Notes: generated from the letters alone by a model not told the origin. A stretch of DNA of 64,000 nt from Octopus sinensis (GCF_006345805.1 NC_043001.1:6448001-6512000), one strand, 5' to 3'; positions 34,776-49,175 are shown, numbered from the stretch's first letter. Made by a program: numbers and translations.

Positions 34776-36424
34776 CTCATAAGATAGATATCTGCGCATT
34801 TAAATAGATTCATATATAAACTCCGCCGCTACGCCGCTAAGCAACTCGTCATATGACTGTTTCTTCATGAAGTAGGACATCCGAGAGAAAAAAACCCCTT
34901 CACTTTCGTATCGATGTGATATACGGAAAGAAGTTTATAAATGGTTCGCGACACGGAAAATTAGACAGACGGTGGATAACATGATCGCTGGCATTGTTTA
35001 CATATCACTAATGCTGTACGTGTATCTGTATTTCCACAAATAAGAATTTGAAATTAAAGTACAGCGTGTCTTCTATATCATGGAGAATGTATGTTTAGTA
35101 CGTTTGAAGGTATCCAACATATTTCACAGACTTCCTGATGAATCAGACAATTAGGAGATATTTATGAAGTAGACGAGTGTATCCAAATATAATTGTTTAA
35201 CGACGTGATATCTAGTAGCGTACAACAATAAGATAATACTGGTCACACGAACAATACCAAACAGTAATTCGATTAGAATTGTTTCTAGACAGTTGTTAAA
35301 TAAATGACTTTCTAAATTGGTCTAATCTACGCTGGAATTTCCTATCAGTATTGAGATTTAATCAGAGGAAATCTGTAAATATTGCAATGATTACAACGAG
35401 TTTCTAATACATCTATGAAGTTTATAGTTAAGAGTCAATTTAATATAGTCTATTGTTCATGAACTAAAAATAGGTAGATACCGAATGATATCAAATTATT
35501 TATCTAGTGAACCATTATTCACAATATCTTTCTTAGGCAAATAGTATTAATTTAGCGTCTGTGATTCATTCATTTCCGTGCATCGCTTCTATAAATGTTC
35601 TATATTCAATACAAAATTTGACAAACACTGTCTAGTTTAAAACTAAAATATTATTACATTATAGTTTATGCAATGTTTGTCTTCTTGGTATGAACATTTA
35701 TTCCGTTTAATGTACAATTTTCCCGGACCGAATGCAGGGGACATCAAATCGTTTCCAACTTTTTATTTTATTCATTTAAATTGAAATGCTTTATTTTTTA
35801 TGAAGATGATAAATTCAAGGGGATCGGAATTCTGAAGAAGATTTCTGCTTATTTCCCACTAACCCTAGTTCTTATATTTGTCCTCATCCTTCGACTTTAT
35901 TCATTGTCCTGCCGATGTATGAAAACCACAAAATATCTGAAGCAACATGTTGATTATCAGAAGACATAGTGAAGTATATGTTCACCATAAACTTCATGCT
36001 ATGTACAATGATCATGTAGGGGAAAGCCTGGTTTCCTTAATGAAATATGGCCTTCATTAATCTTTGCAGCTACTTTGTATTTTCAAATTTTGGAGTGATA
36101 GGAACATGAATTTTAATGAATGTAACAGTTAAGGAATGATTTCCAGTGCAGCTGAAATATTAATTATAGTCAGGTATCTGGCTATCCACTTCATAGTGTG
36201 GTGTGTATCATTGCGTTGCGTCTCTGGATATTCCTCTTACGTACTTGTCTTACTTGTACTCTGTTACCTGTTCATCTTTGCTACTTTGAGGCGGAAATTT
36301 TAGGGGGGGGGTGTCGTGGTTGGCACTAAACACTACGTCCACGCGTAGAAATACAATCAGCAGCCAAAATAAAGTGATGAGAGTCAGAAGAATTATATGC
36401 ACGCAAATCATTCATGTTCTTTTT

Positions 36425-36674
36425 TTATTCTTTCATTCTTTTACTTGTTTCAGTCATCTGACTTCGGCCATGCTGGAGCACCGGCTTTAGTCGAGCAAAT
36501 CGAGCCCCTGGACTTATTTTTTTGTAAACCTAGTACTTATCCTATCGATCAGTTTTGCCGAACCGCTAAGTTATGGGGACGTACTCACATAAGCATCGGT
36601 TGTCAAGCGATAGTGGGGGGACAAACACAGACACACAAGCATACACACACAGACACACACACACACACACACAT

Positions 36675-36735
<61 letters not shown>

Positions 36736-36898
36736 TACGATGGGATTCTTTCAATTTCCGCCTACTAAATCCACTCACAGTCTTTGGTCGGTACGAGGCT
36801 GTAGTAGAAGACACTAGCTCAAGTTGCCTCACTGTGGGACTGAACCCGGAACCATTTGATTTGTAAGCAAGTTACTTACCACACAGCCACTCCTGCTC
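36425..36898 (-). mobile_element. S1 SINE
   Basis: Tail ttttacttgtttcagtcatctgacttcggccatgctggagcacc; head ccacacagccactcctgc. Confidence 0.9.
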
Positions 36899-37798
36899 CC
36901 ATGTCTAAAATAACGTAATGATATAAAAAAATAGTGGAAACATAAAATAATCTTATCATACGTTTATTTCGAGCATAATTTTGTGAGCGGAAAACAAAAC
37001 ATTCAGAAAAAGAGATTAAAATATATGAGAAATGTGAACAAAAAGACTTTTTTTAAATACCATGTGACAGTGACTTGATTTGTTGAATACAATTTTTGAT
37101 ATGACAATATAACGTAATAATTTATTTCGCTAAACTAGCAGGACACGTTTGGGATTTCTATGTATCGCTTACTAAGAAGACTTCGAAAGAAAAAAAATAA
37201 TCATATTTAAGTTCAGAGATAAGTCTTTAATTACATTGCTTATGTTGTGTTTGGATTAACATTATAATTTTCAACATTCCATCGCCATTGTTTATACTAA
37301 GGCCTAAATACACAGAATCTCATGGGAGACAAATATTGTTGAATTAATTGAAAATCTTGAATAAACACCACAAATGACAGGGTGTGGAATAACGTATTTA
37401 TAGCAATATATCCTTCATTTTATCAGTTTTATGAATAAATTTAAAACCAACGACGTCACACAAGACATATTTATGATAAAAATAAAAGCATGGCAAGAAT
37501 ACAGGCATATAAATTATCAATAACTACAGACTGAAAAACGCAAAACAAAATATAAAGCAACATAGATTGTCAGAAGTAGAAATAAGACACACAGACACAG
37601 ACACCACCCCACACATGTATATGCATATATACAATAAGTTTATATATATATATGTGTGTGTGTGTATGCGTGTATGTGCGTATGTGCGCGTGTGTATGTA
37701 TGTATCTATGCATCTATGTATGTATGCAGGTATATGAAAAAGAAACACATATAGATTGACACATAGATAGAGAGATAGATAGACAGACAGACAGACAG

Positions 37799-37829
<31 letters not shown>

Positions 37830-37856
37830 GATAGCTAGATAGACAGGCAAATAGAC

Positions 37857-37933
<77 letters not shown>

Positions 37934-37982
37934 GATATATATATTTATATATATATAGATAGATAGACAGGCAAACAGACAA

Positions 37983-38075
<93 letters not shown>

Positions 38076-38337
38076 AAGAATGACATACATATAGATACAT
38101 AGAGAAAGAGAGACAGAGACAGAGAGAGTCGGGGAGTGAGTGAATATTTTACAAATAACGCCTAACAAATTTTGCCTGTTTAAAGTATATAATTTCCGAA
38201 AGGAAACGACACCAATATTTATTAATTTCAGCATCTAACATCAAAAGTTGCTATCATTTTAACATAAAAAAAGCAGGAGAGCAAAAATCAATGTTAATAT
38301 TATGAGGACTTGTACTAACTGCTGTAGCAGTAAGCGC

Positions 38338-38393
<56 letters not shown>

Positions 38394-38406
38394 GATGATA
38401 ATAATG

Positions 38407-38444
<38 letters not shown>

Positions 38445-38576
38445 TTGAAAATGTAAATGACATAGAATGATATATATATAAGGAAATAAAACTTCAGTGT
38501 ACAAAACAAACATACTTCCATACAGAGAGACACAATAACACAAATATGTGTGTGTGTATGTATAAATCTATGTGTG

Positions 38577-38614
<38 letters not shown>

Positions 38615-38746
38615 ATTATTATTTGAGGGAATTAAATCCAAACTTACAAGGAAAAAGAATTCAAAATACTAAATCAAATTCCACACAATATAATATATAT
38701 ATAAAAATATTAGAAATAAACACCTTTTATCAATTCAAAATGAATA

Positions 38747-38828
<82 letters not shown>

Positions 38829-38834
38829 CACAGT

Positions 38835-39060
38835 AGGCACATAAATGTGAAACAAGTTGGTAAATATAGTACTTGTATACCGGAGGTAGAGTAATACGCT
38901 TTAATAATAAAGCTGGAAAAGCATCACAAAAACTGTTCCTCAGAGTTTCATATACCTGTTCATCGGTTTTGGTTGAGAAACCAAAACTCTCCGACGAACG
39001 GGAACGTGAAACTCTGAGTAACAGTTTTTGTGAAGTCTTTGTAGCTTTATTTATAAACTA
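38835..39060. mobile_element. Second H2 fold-back element; hammerhead-like motif at 38983-39028 (+)
   Basis: aaaactct-CCGACGA-ACG GGAA CGT-GAAAC tctga GTA-acagtttt. The inverted left arm is at about 38905-38974. Confidence 0.75.
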
Positions 39061-40699
39061 TATGTATACTTGTATATATACGCATGAGCGGACAAACGAA
39101 TGAAAGGCACTAAAAAAATTATTGCGAGTTATATGTATGGATCAAAGCAGTTGGATTCCAATTCGTTGATACTCTTAATTGCTGGCAGATTTCTCTGCTC
39201 TGTAAGGATTGCATCCTTTTTATACTGTTCTATCAGTATTTATGCGTTGAAAAATATATCTTCCTAATTGTGTAACAATACATTTTCAAAACTTCAAAAA
39301 CAAACTTATGTTTCTTTATATATGACCTAATATATTATTATTATTCTTTAAGCTTACATCCATGGTGTTGTTTTTTTTTTTGGCATTTATAAAAGAAGTA
39401 AATATACAAAAAATATACACTACAGTACTGTTCGCAGAATTGCAACTTTCGTGCGTTACTTTAAAAGGTAACACCCGCAATATTCGACGGATTACTGCAT
39501 TTAAAAAGCATTTTTTCCCTTTGTTACTCACCTTTCAAGGCAGTAAATTGAAATTGTCACCTCACAAATCACTAATTGTCACCTCATGATATGTTGCGAG
39601 CATGCCATCACCAATGGAGAGCTGTTGAAGGTAATCGATATTATTAAATCGAAGGACCATATTGCCAAGCGTGTATCACATTTTCTTGGCAATTAAGACA
39701 GCATTTATATCGAATGTTATGGGAAGATCAACACTCACATCTTGAGTAAACTTTGTAGCGCTCCTTCCTTGTTGGAAAAACAAGAATGACAAACGAACAG
39801 AAAGTCGAGCAAACTTATAAACATATTATTAAACCGTATTGCAATGAACGCCTGCATTCTTTGTGGATCGACACACATTTCGCCGTCAAATTCCGAGCTA
39901 CTTTGAATTAGAGTTTACGCATAAAAATTGCAGCGACGGGGAACGCACATTAAACCCGTGTAAAAGTAGAACATTCGATAAACGCATAATTACGGAAGGT
40001 GTTATTAAATTGGGATCACTAGATTTGCTAAATCTAACTAGTGATTTAAACGAATAAGTGCGTTTAACCAGTGAGTGATAATCGGAGAATAAACAACATT
40101 GCCATCATTACATATACTTCTGTACGCTATTCCGAATATCACACATTTGCTCACAGACACACACACAATATTGAGTGCGTACACAATTAATTATATATTA
40201 TATATATATAAAGAGGGGCCTTACAGATTTATTATGCAATTTTAATTGCTAAATTAAAAAATTTAAAACACCAATTCTATATCGGAAGCCTGGCCTATGG
40301 ATCTTACCGTTACCAATAAATAAACCGAATTTAAATGAAGAATAATTATTTGAAATTTATTCTACAGGGTACCTGAAAATTATTGTGCATAAAAATTCAA
40401 CTTATATGACTGAATAGAGAATATACGCCAAAATCACGTTTTTTATTTGATAAGTTAGACTAATGCAATTGCTGTGATGTTATCACCGTTCATCTGTTCT
40501 AAAATGTAATAGTTTCGCTTACATCATCAGAAACTAGCGTTGGTTTCAAGCGGCTGAAGGATCCACACACACAGACGACATGTTCCACACAGCGCTGAAT
40601 TAACCATTAAGCTACATAAACACGTGCTTACGACATCGGGGAAAGAAGGGAGCATCACAGAAATGGTAAATGGTTTACGAGACAAAAGAAATCACTTTA

Positions 40700-41016
40700 T
40701 ACTTGCTAAAATAACATTCGGGATGCCTTTATCTCTGCCAAGTATAGCTGCAGATGTGTTGCCTAAGTTTAATTTTGAGGATCTGTTCAAAGAATTTGCA
40801 ATTCAAAAAAAGTTGGAGGAAACTTTTCAAATATATATAAAGCGGAAGTATAAAAAAATAAACATTATTTTCCCTCTTACTGTTTTGTTTCGTTTCGAAA
40901 ATTAGAAATTCATTTTATGGGTTGTTATTGTTTATATTTTGAATTATATAATCTTTTATGTGGGCGCCAAAATCTTTTAAGTGCTTAGGGCCTCGATGGA
41001 TCTTAATCCGGCTCTG
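40700..41016 (+). mobile_element. hAT transposon 3' remnant
   Basis: LSLPSIAADVLPKFNFEDLFKEFAIQK resembles the hAT C-terminal dimerisation region. Ends with TIR-like ttaatccggctctg (41003-41016). Confidence 0.6.
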
Positions 41017-41204
41017 GTTCCACATATCTTCTGCCATTGAAACTCACTCCCATTACATTAAAGGAATAGGGCTATGTTGGATACCCCTTGCCGAAAGAGA
41101 CGTGCTGGGGAATTACCACAAGAATAATAATGGTTTCAAACTCTGCTACAAATCGAGCATCTTCGGAAGTCAGTTAGATCGACATCCACCAGTGAACCAC
41201 TGGT

Positions 41205-41505
41205 ACCTATCTGATAGCAATCACGAAAGATGAAAGGCAAAATTAATCTCACTGGAATTTGAACTGAAAACCTAAGTACGGTTGAAATTTCGCTATACAT
41301 TTTTCCCGGTGTGCTTAACGAGTCTGCCAGCTCAACGACTTCAAAATTGGTCATAATATTTCTTCATTTAAGGCCCACAAGTGATTGAACATAGAGGGGA
41401 CAAACAAGGACAGACAAAGGGATGACGTTGATTAATCCGATCTTATTATATCGGATAGGTCGGTCTCAGTGCGTAACTGTTACTTATTTGATCGACCCCG
41501 AACTA
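41205..41505 (-). mobile_element. S2 SINE, degenerate
   Basis: ggaatttgaactg, gagtctgccagctc and gaggggacaaacaaggacagac blocks. Confidence 0.7.
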
Positions 41506-42384
41506 TTTCGCCTGAAATGTCTTCGCTGATTTTAACAACATACGAAGACAGATTAGCGAAGCAAACGTTAGCATGCAAACGGTTCCTGGAAGAATACCAC
41601 AAATAACTTTTATATATCTGCAAACCGTAACCTTTTACTTCGGCGGTTAACGGTGCCTAAAGAACGACTGTGATATGAAACGTCATTAAACGTCCTTCCC
41701 ATGGGGTGGCCATTTAGTTAGACAAGGTCTGGGCCAATACTTGGCGAAATTTATCTAAGTATGTAAGTATGTATATATGTGTGTGCGTGTGTGTGTGTGT
41801 GTTTGTATGAGTGTGTGTGTGTGTGTATTCTCTTGAAACGTACCGCAGTATGTTCTTAGGTTCTGCTAATTGTATTTAAAGTTCTAACAACTGGTAAGGA
41901 TTTGGGATTGCCGATCGGAATACAAAGCAAAATATCTTTTGTAGTAATGTTGTGGATCTTTGTAGTTTCCGCCATTGTTTACGATTATCTTTAAAAATAT
42001 ATTGTAATGTAAAATACAGATGTAATTTCTGACGCAGAATCCGAATTTGTTATTCATTTATTCTGGAAAAATTTTGCAAAATGTTGCAAAAATATTACCG
42101 GTATTCAAAGATTGAAAATTATCGAAATTCTCAACCAATCAGAAAACAGCACGTTCGCTGCCGTTTCCGTCATCCGAGTGATGGGGCATTGGCATTTCAA
42201 AACACTAAACTAGGATTTTATGAAATAAATTACCTTTCTCATATCTCCTCCTCTTGCTTGTGCGCATGCGCTACATCTTTGGTTACTTTGGAGACAGTTC
42301 TTCGCAATGAGCTATGCATCACGCGGTGCTTCTTTGCTTTGGCTACTTCGGAAATAGAAATTTCCGTCTCTCCATCTATTTACT

Positions 42385-42752
42385 CATTACTCTTTTACTA
42401 TTTTACTTGTTTCAGTCATTTGACTGCGGCCATGCTGGAGCACCGCCTTTAGTCGAGCAACTCGACCCCGTGACTTATTCTTTTTGCAAGCTCAGTACTT
42501 ATTCCATCGGTCGCTTTTTGCCGAACCGCTAGGTTACAGGGACGTAAACACACCAGCATCGGTTGTCAAGTGATGTGGCGAGGACAAACATACACACACA
42601 TACATATATGTAAGTATACATGTATACGACGGGTTTCTTTCAGTTTCCGTCTACCAAGTCCACTTACAAGTCTTTGGTCAGCCCGAGGCTATAGTAGGAG
42701 ATACATGCCCAAGGTGCCACGTCGTTAGTAAGCAAGCTAATTACCACGGCCA
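42385..42752 (-). mobile_element. S1 SINE with head partly deleted
   Basis: ttttacttgtttcagtcatttgactgcggccatgctggagcaccgcc...gcccaaggtgccac. Confidence 0.88.
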
Positions 42753-43483
42753 CTTTTTAATTGTGGATTTATAGGAAAAAATATTTCATTTTCATAATTA
42801 GTATACAAAACATAATTCCTATACCAAATTTTAAAACAATTTCAGCAAAATTGTAAACGGTGTCGAAAAGCACAAAAATCCGACGATGTGTCTCAATAAA
42901 ATATCATTTATGAAGACAAAGCATTAACTGGAGTGTTATACTTTTTGTGAAGTAAAGGTGGTATGACTATTTTCATTCTCTTACGGGACAGAAGGAAATC
43001 AAAACAGAATGCAGACTCTTAAGCAATTCGTAAACTTTTGTGCGGATAGCATAATACTTGAAGCAATTATTTTCATAGAAGAAATGCCCGTAAAACATGG
43101 AACTACCGAGCATCCAACGAATCATAATATATTATGAAGACATTTAAGATTCAGTATTTTCTGAGAAACTACTAAAATGGTAACTGATGGAAAGGTCAAC
43201 AGAACGAAACACAAGAAAAAAACATTAGAAATAGACGAGCAAAATGTAATGTTTTACGATTCGTAGACATGTAAAAAAATTCTATTCCAACTGCAACACT
43301 TAAAATACATTCTATTAAAGACTTAGAGCAGAACAGCGCAACACTTTGACTACACTAGTAAAGAAATTAGTGTTGTGTATATTGTCTATATTCTTACTGC
43401 TATATGTTTGTGTTCATGATGCCAGACGGTATTTCATATATTTTCGTTCAGATACAGCCTCACGTTTGGAGCACCCTGTATAT

Positions 43484-43554
<71 letters not shown>

Positions 43555-43580
43555 ACCTATGTATTTATAGATACATACAT

Positions 43581-43965
43581 GGGAGTGGCTGTTTGATAGG
43601 TGGCATGCTTACCAACAACATGGTCCCGAGTTCAGTCCCACTAAAACCTTGTGAGTGGATTTGGTAGACAGAAAGTGAAAGAGTCCCATCATATATATAT
43701 ATATGTGTGCGTGTGTGTGTGTGTGTGTGTTCGTGTGCGTGTGTGTATGCGTGTGGGTGTATATGCTTGTGTGTTTGTGTTTGCTCCCCGCCATCTCTTG
43801 ACAACCGATATTGGCGTGACTCCGTCCCCGTAACTTAGCGGTTTGGCAAATAATCCCGTACTAGGCTTACAAATAATAGGTCCTGTGGTCGATGTGTTCG
43901 AATGAAGGCGGTGCTCCAGCGTGGCCACACTAAAATGACTGAAGCTAAATAAAAGAATAAAAAGA
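43581..43965 (+). mobile_element. S1 SINE with core block deleted
   Basis: ggagtggctgtttgatagg...gagttcagtcccact...ggcggtgctccagcgtggccac. Confidence 0.8.
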
Positions 43966-44208
43966 ATGCGTATAGATACATGTATATAAATATATGTATG
44001 CACACACACACAAATATATACACATACAGGTCTAATACTCACGCACACACATATGAGGGCGTACACGCACATACGCACGCGCACAAACAAACACACACAC
44101 ATATGTATATATGTATGATTGATTGATTGATTGATTGATTCTAGTTTCAGCTTATGAGCTGTGGCCATGCTGGGGCACCGCCATTTGGTGTTGCTACTTG
44201 GTTTCACT

Positions 44209-47190
44209 TCATGGAGGCTTTCTAGCAACTGCTATTTGGTGCATGAGAGAGTTCGATGCAGCTGCCCTCATCTGCCCCTCCTGCCGTGAAGTTGGTTCAT
44301 CTGGGACACCTGACAGGAAGAGATCCAGCTTCATTTTAAAGACATCTGTATCCACCCCATGCAGGTCTCTCAGGTTCTTCGGGAGGATATTGAAGAGCTG
44401 TGGGCCTCGGAAGCCCAGGCTATCACAGAATCTTGTCCTACATCTTGATGGCAGGTTTGGAGTCCTAGGCCCACGCAGTGGCGCCCAGTTCTGGCATTTG
44501 CGTAACTCTCGATGCCAAAGTTCAGGACACTTCCCTCCAGGATCTTCCAGATGTATATTATGGCATATCTTCCCGCCTACGCTCCAGGGAATATAATTTT
44601 AATCTCTTGAGTCTTTCCCAGTAGCTTACATTCTGCATAGAGGCTATCTTCTTTGTGTAGCTTCGTTGGATCGCCTCAAGTTCTGTGATCAACTTGACAC
44701 TGGATGGTGACCATAGCTGAGAGCAATAGTCAAAGTGGCTTAGGACAAGTGTCTTCCAGAGGACCATCATGGTTTCTCTGTTCTCTTGTTCTAAAGGTTC
44801 TAAGAATCCATCCAGCCAGCCGTCTACATTTCATTGTCAGTTTAGCAACATGTACATGAAAGGTCGCGTCATCACTCATGTGAATACCCAGGTCACGCAC
44901 TGATTGTGCTCTGGGATTGCAATCCCTCCGGTCCGGTGTATTCATTGGGTATTGCATTCAGTTTTGCATGCTAATAGTATAAAGCTTGAAACTTTCCAGC
45001 ATTGAACTGCATGCTATTCTTTTCAGCCCCACTTGTATATTTCGTCCAGCTCACATTGCAGGTGTTTAGTGTCCTCAGGGTTCTGTATTGCCTGTGAAAC
45101 TTTTGTATCATCTGCATAACTTGTGATCGTGGCTCTCTGCGTGGCTGAGGGCATGTCTGAGAGGGCCATTATGAACAGTAGTGGTCCCAGAACAGTGCCC
45201 TGCGGAACACCGCTCACTATTTGTGTGTTAATGGAGGTGGCCCCATTGGCTACTACCACCTGACTTCTATCCTTCAGAAGTCATGAAGCCATTCTCCCAG
45301 TTTTCCAACTATGTTGAGATCACGCAGTTTGTGACATATCATTCCATGATCGACTTTATCAAAGGCCTTTGCAAAGTCGAGATATATCACTTCCACATTT
45401 GAGTGGTTGAGCAGCCGTTTCAGCACCCAGTCATAGTGTTGTAGGAGCTGAGTTAAACAGCTTCTCCCTGGTCGGAAACCATGTTGGGGTGTCGGGCAGC
45501 AAGTCATTCTCTTCAAGGAAGGTGATCAGCTTCCTTCTGACTATTCGTTCCATGACCTTGCTGATGTGTGAGGTCAGAGAGATAGGTCTATAGTTCTGGC
45601 TTCCGCTCTGCTACCTCCTTATGAATGGGGCATATTTTTACCTTCCTTCAGTTTTCCTGGAAGTTTGCCAGCTGCAAGAAGCTCTGAAAGAGGAACTGCA
45701 GTGGTCTTGCTAGGACTCTCTTACATGCTTTTAGGAGGATTGCCGGGAATCCATCGGGGCCAGTAGCTGAGTCTGTTTTCATTTCATCTATAGCCTTGGT
45801 TACATCGTCTTCCTTTATATCGATGTAATCTATCGTCGCCGCCTCTGATTTTATATCTGCAGTGGTAAAAAGTCAGTTGGATTGGTGATTTGGAGATGCC
45901 CAAGGGGGAGTGAAAACACTCTTGAATTGCTCATTCAGTATTTCACTTACCCTCATTGGTTTTCCTGTAAGTGTGCCATCCTTTTCGAGGAGTGGCCCTA
46001 TTCTACAGTGCATTGCTGTAGCTGTTTCTTTGGCATACCTGTAGAAAGCTCTGGGGTTAGATTTTGTTTTCTATAGCCCAGGTTTTCTTTGTCTGCTCTT
46101 TCTTTTCATGGGAGAGTTGCAGACATTTTTCGATTTCCAACAGTTTTATTTTTAGGCGGGACTTTTCACTGCTTTCAATCTGTTTTTTTTAGGCGATTTG
46201 AAAATTCGTACGCCGTCTCATTAAAATTTCCTCCTCTCTCTGGGGATTTTGTTCTTGTGTACAGTGGCCTTTCTCTCTGGGACACATTTGTAGCATATGG
46301 CTTGCATTACAGACATGAATTGTTGAAGTTTCACGTCGATGTCTGGCGAGGAGAGACATTCAGGCCAGTTTTGTTTGAGGATCTCTTTCTCAATTTGTTT
46401 CCAGTTTGCCTTATGGTAGTTCAAGCTGGAAAGATTTTGAGGGTTCTTGTAGGCTGCATGTCCGTGCTCTCTTTTGGCCGTACATGGTCAGCTCTATCAT
46501 GTTGTGATCCGAGAGTAGTGTCGGTGTCACTTCACATTATGGATGAGATCCATGTCATTTGTGAAGCAGAGATCCAGTGTGTTACCTGCCCTGGTTGGTT
46601 GGAGTATTACCTTCTCCATGTACAGGGTGTTGATGAGGTTCAGGAGGGACCTCGCCTGTCCTCGTTCACATCTTGTCATTTCTGGGAGAGAAAGGCCCTC
46701 GGGCCATCTGACATTGGCAGATTGAAGTCTCCTATAAGAAGCACACCTATGTGTTGTTCTAATGTGGTTAGAATTTCTTCTATTTTTATAAGGCAGTCTT
46801 CGAACTTGCCCACATGGCTCGGGGCATCTGGAGGGCGATATGTAGCACACACAACTACATCAAGTTGCCTAATATGTACAATTAGTGTGTCACACACCGA
46901 GTTGGAGTATGACAAGAGGACCTGGGGTGTGAGGTCCTCACGGATGTACATAGCAACACCTCCATGACTCCTTTCTTTCCTGTCGGTCCGTAGTACAGCA
47001 TACTGTGGTATGTGTAACTCCGCATCTGCTATGTCCGGTTTCAGGTGCGTTTCTGTAAGTGCTATGCATAAGGCTTGATTGCATGCAACAAAGTCTCTCA
47101 GGAACGGGATCTTTGTCCTGTTACTGAGTGTTTGCAGTCCTCTGATGTTCAGTAGGAGTATCGAGGTGAGGTGTACGTTGTTGCCGGCGG
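44209..47190 (-). pseudogene. LINE ORF2 (AP endonuclease plus reverse transcriptase), frameshifted
   Basis: LLLNIRGL, ALTETHL, GGVAMYI, YRPP, LIGDFNLP, NTLDLCFTN, QHGFRPGRSCLTQL, YLDFAKAFDKV, GVPQGTVLGPLLF, YADDTK, YWERLKRLKLYSLERRRE, FKMKLDLFLSGVPDEP. Confidence 0.93.
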
Positions 47191-47544
47191 TGTCCATCCT
47201 GTGTCTGTTTGCTGTGGTGGTCTGGTATATAGTGGGTAGTCCCACCTGCGGGCTTGGGTTTGATGAAGCCAGGTCAGCTGCTGTACAATCTTTTGTGCCA
47301 TGCACAAAAAAGATTGTTGCTCAGCAGCTGCTCTTTCGACAAAATCATGTTGGCTGTTTGTGGCGCGCACAACATCTGCGTACCTCCGCTTTGGGGCAGG
47401 TGGTGCGTGGTCCATCCCTTTTCTTTGTGTTGATGGTTTGTCCATCTGCCTCGTGTCTCTGTGGCAGGGTCCTCGATGTGCAAAGCGGCAGCCTGCACCT
47501 TCCTTTCCATGCCAGCAGGAACCTCTCAGGTAGAACATACACAT
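47149..47544 (-). pseudogene. LINE ORF1 remnant with a CCCH-type zinc finger
   Basis: CMFYLRGSCWHGKEGAGCRFAH (C-x7-C-x8-C-x3-H) lies immediately upstream of ORF2. Confidence 0.7.
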
Positions 47545-47821
47545 CCGTGTGCGCTGTTCGTATAGATAAATGTTGAGATTGTTTGAAGTGGTGTATAGAT
47601 TTTATATATTAAGAAAAAAGCGATAGAATTTTTATAATTGTTTACAAACGCTTTCATCATGTCCGGTTCAGTTTCATCTCGTCCGTTTCGAAGACTCATA
47701 AGGTGTGATCTAGTTCAGAATTTTTATTTTCACTTTTCATATATATCTCTAAGACAATGTTTTATTGCTTTTTCTTGTCTTTTTTTTGTTTGTTTTTGCT
47801 ATCTATAATGTTTTATTGTTT

Positions 47822-48194
47822 TATTCGTTTCATTCATTTGACTTCGGCCATGCTGGAGCACCACCTTTAGTCGAACTGATCAACAACAGGACTTATTCTT
47901 TGTAAGCCTAGTACTTATTCTATCGACCTGTATATATATATTACGGGGACGTAAACCCTCCAAAATCGAGGTGGGGGCAAACACAGGCGCACAAATAAAC
48001 ACATACACATACAGCACCCCCCCCATATATACGACGGGATTCTTTCAGTTTCCGTCTACTAAATCCATTCACAAGGCTTTGGTCGACCCGTCGCTGTAGC
48101 AGATGACAATTGCCCAAGGTTCCATGCAGTGGCATTGAACTCGGAACCATGTGGTTCGTAAGCAAACTACTTACCACACAGCCACTCCTGCGCC
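47822..48194 (-). mobile_element. S1 SINE
   Basis: catttgacttcggccatgctggagcaccacc...ttaccacacagccactcctgcgcc. Confidence 0.88.
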
Positions 48195-49005
48195 TATGCC
48201 AGTTTATATATAAGCGTATGTATATACGCATGCGTATATATGTGTGCACACGTATATTCGTGTAACCATGTGTGCGGCGAACCCTTGGAGGCTCGGCCAG
48301 TGGAAGATAAAAACGAGGGAAAAAACAGAAAAAGAAGCAGGAAGGCAGAAATGACGAAATAGAAAATGGGAACAAAAACGAAGGCAGAATAAATGAAAGG
48401 AAGAAGAAAGGGAAAATGAGAGAAAGAGAGAAAGAAGGCCATGTGTTTTTTGAAATGGCTTTATTGCCTTTTTATGGTCAGGAGTATCGTAGATGAAGAT
48501 GTTTGAACTGTCAGTTATTACTTTTGTTGTTTTTTGTGTTTTTAAGATTTCTATGTGACTTTGTAACTGTGTAATTATTTATATATGTCTATGTGTGAGT
48601 ATGTCTGTGTTGTGAATTTTTGAGGTCATAATCAGTGGGAGAAAGGCAGATGAAAGAAAGGAAGTTAGGAAGAAAGTACAGAACGAAAGAGAACAGATCT
48701 AAAGAAACAGAGAGAACGAAAAAGAGGACGAAGGAAAGGAAAGAGAAAAAAAGAAGATAAAAAGTAAATACATCGATGGAGAGACGGAAAGAAAGGGATA
48801 AAGAAAGAAAGATAGAAAGACAAAAAGAGACAGAATTGTATTCACGTGATCAGCTTGTTGAAGTCAATGACTATCCCAGATGTCAAATTCATTTTAGTCA
48901 TTGTTTTAAAAGCATCTTCACCCCCTCTCTCCCTCTTCTTCTCTCTTTCTCTATTTCTTTCTCACTTATCCACTTATCAACTTGTGTATAAGTGACTGTG
49001 TGCAT

Positions 49006-49175
49006 AGGCGCGGGACTGGCTGTGTAGTAAGAAGCGTGCTTCCCTACCATATGACCCCGGGTGAAGTCACACTGTGTGCCACCTTGGGCAAGTGTCTTTC
49101 TACTATAGCCTCGGATCTGCCAAAGCCTTGTGAATGGATTTAGTAAACGGAAACTGAAGGAAGACGGTCGTATAT
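49006..49175 (+). mobile_element. S1 SINE 5' half
   Basis: aggcgcgggactggctgtgtagtaag...ccttgggcaagtgtc...ggaaactgaaggaagacggtcg. Confidence 0.8.

Larger units (their letters stand above)
44117..47560 (-). mobile_element. CR1-clade LINE, 5'-truncated within ORF1, with (AATC)n tail
   Basis: ORF1 remnant, AP endonuclease, reverse transcriptase, C-terminus, short 3' UTR, then (AATC)n at 44117-44140. Confidence 0.93.

Noticed and set aside
40505-40535. Minus-strand CTGATGA-tgtaagc-GAAAC resembling a minimal hammerhead
   Set aside because: Stem II has only one pair, and there is no stem III or stem I partner. It is a single copy and likely chance.
47640-47720. CTTATGA-GTC...GAC-GAGA near the CR1 5' truncation point
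   Set aside because: Both core boxes are mismatched and there is no cleavage triplet or stem I.
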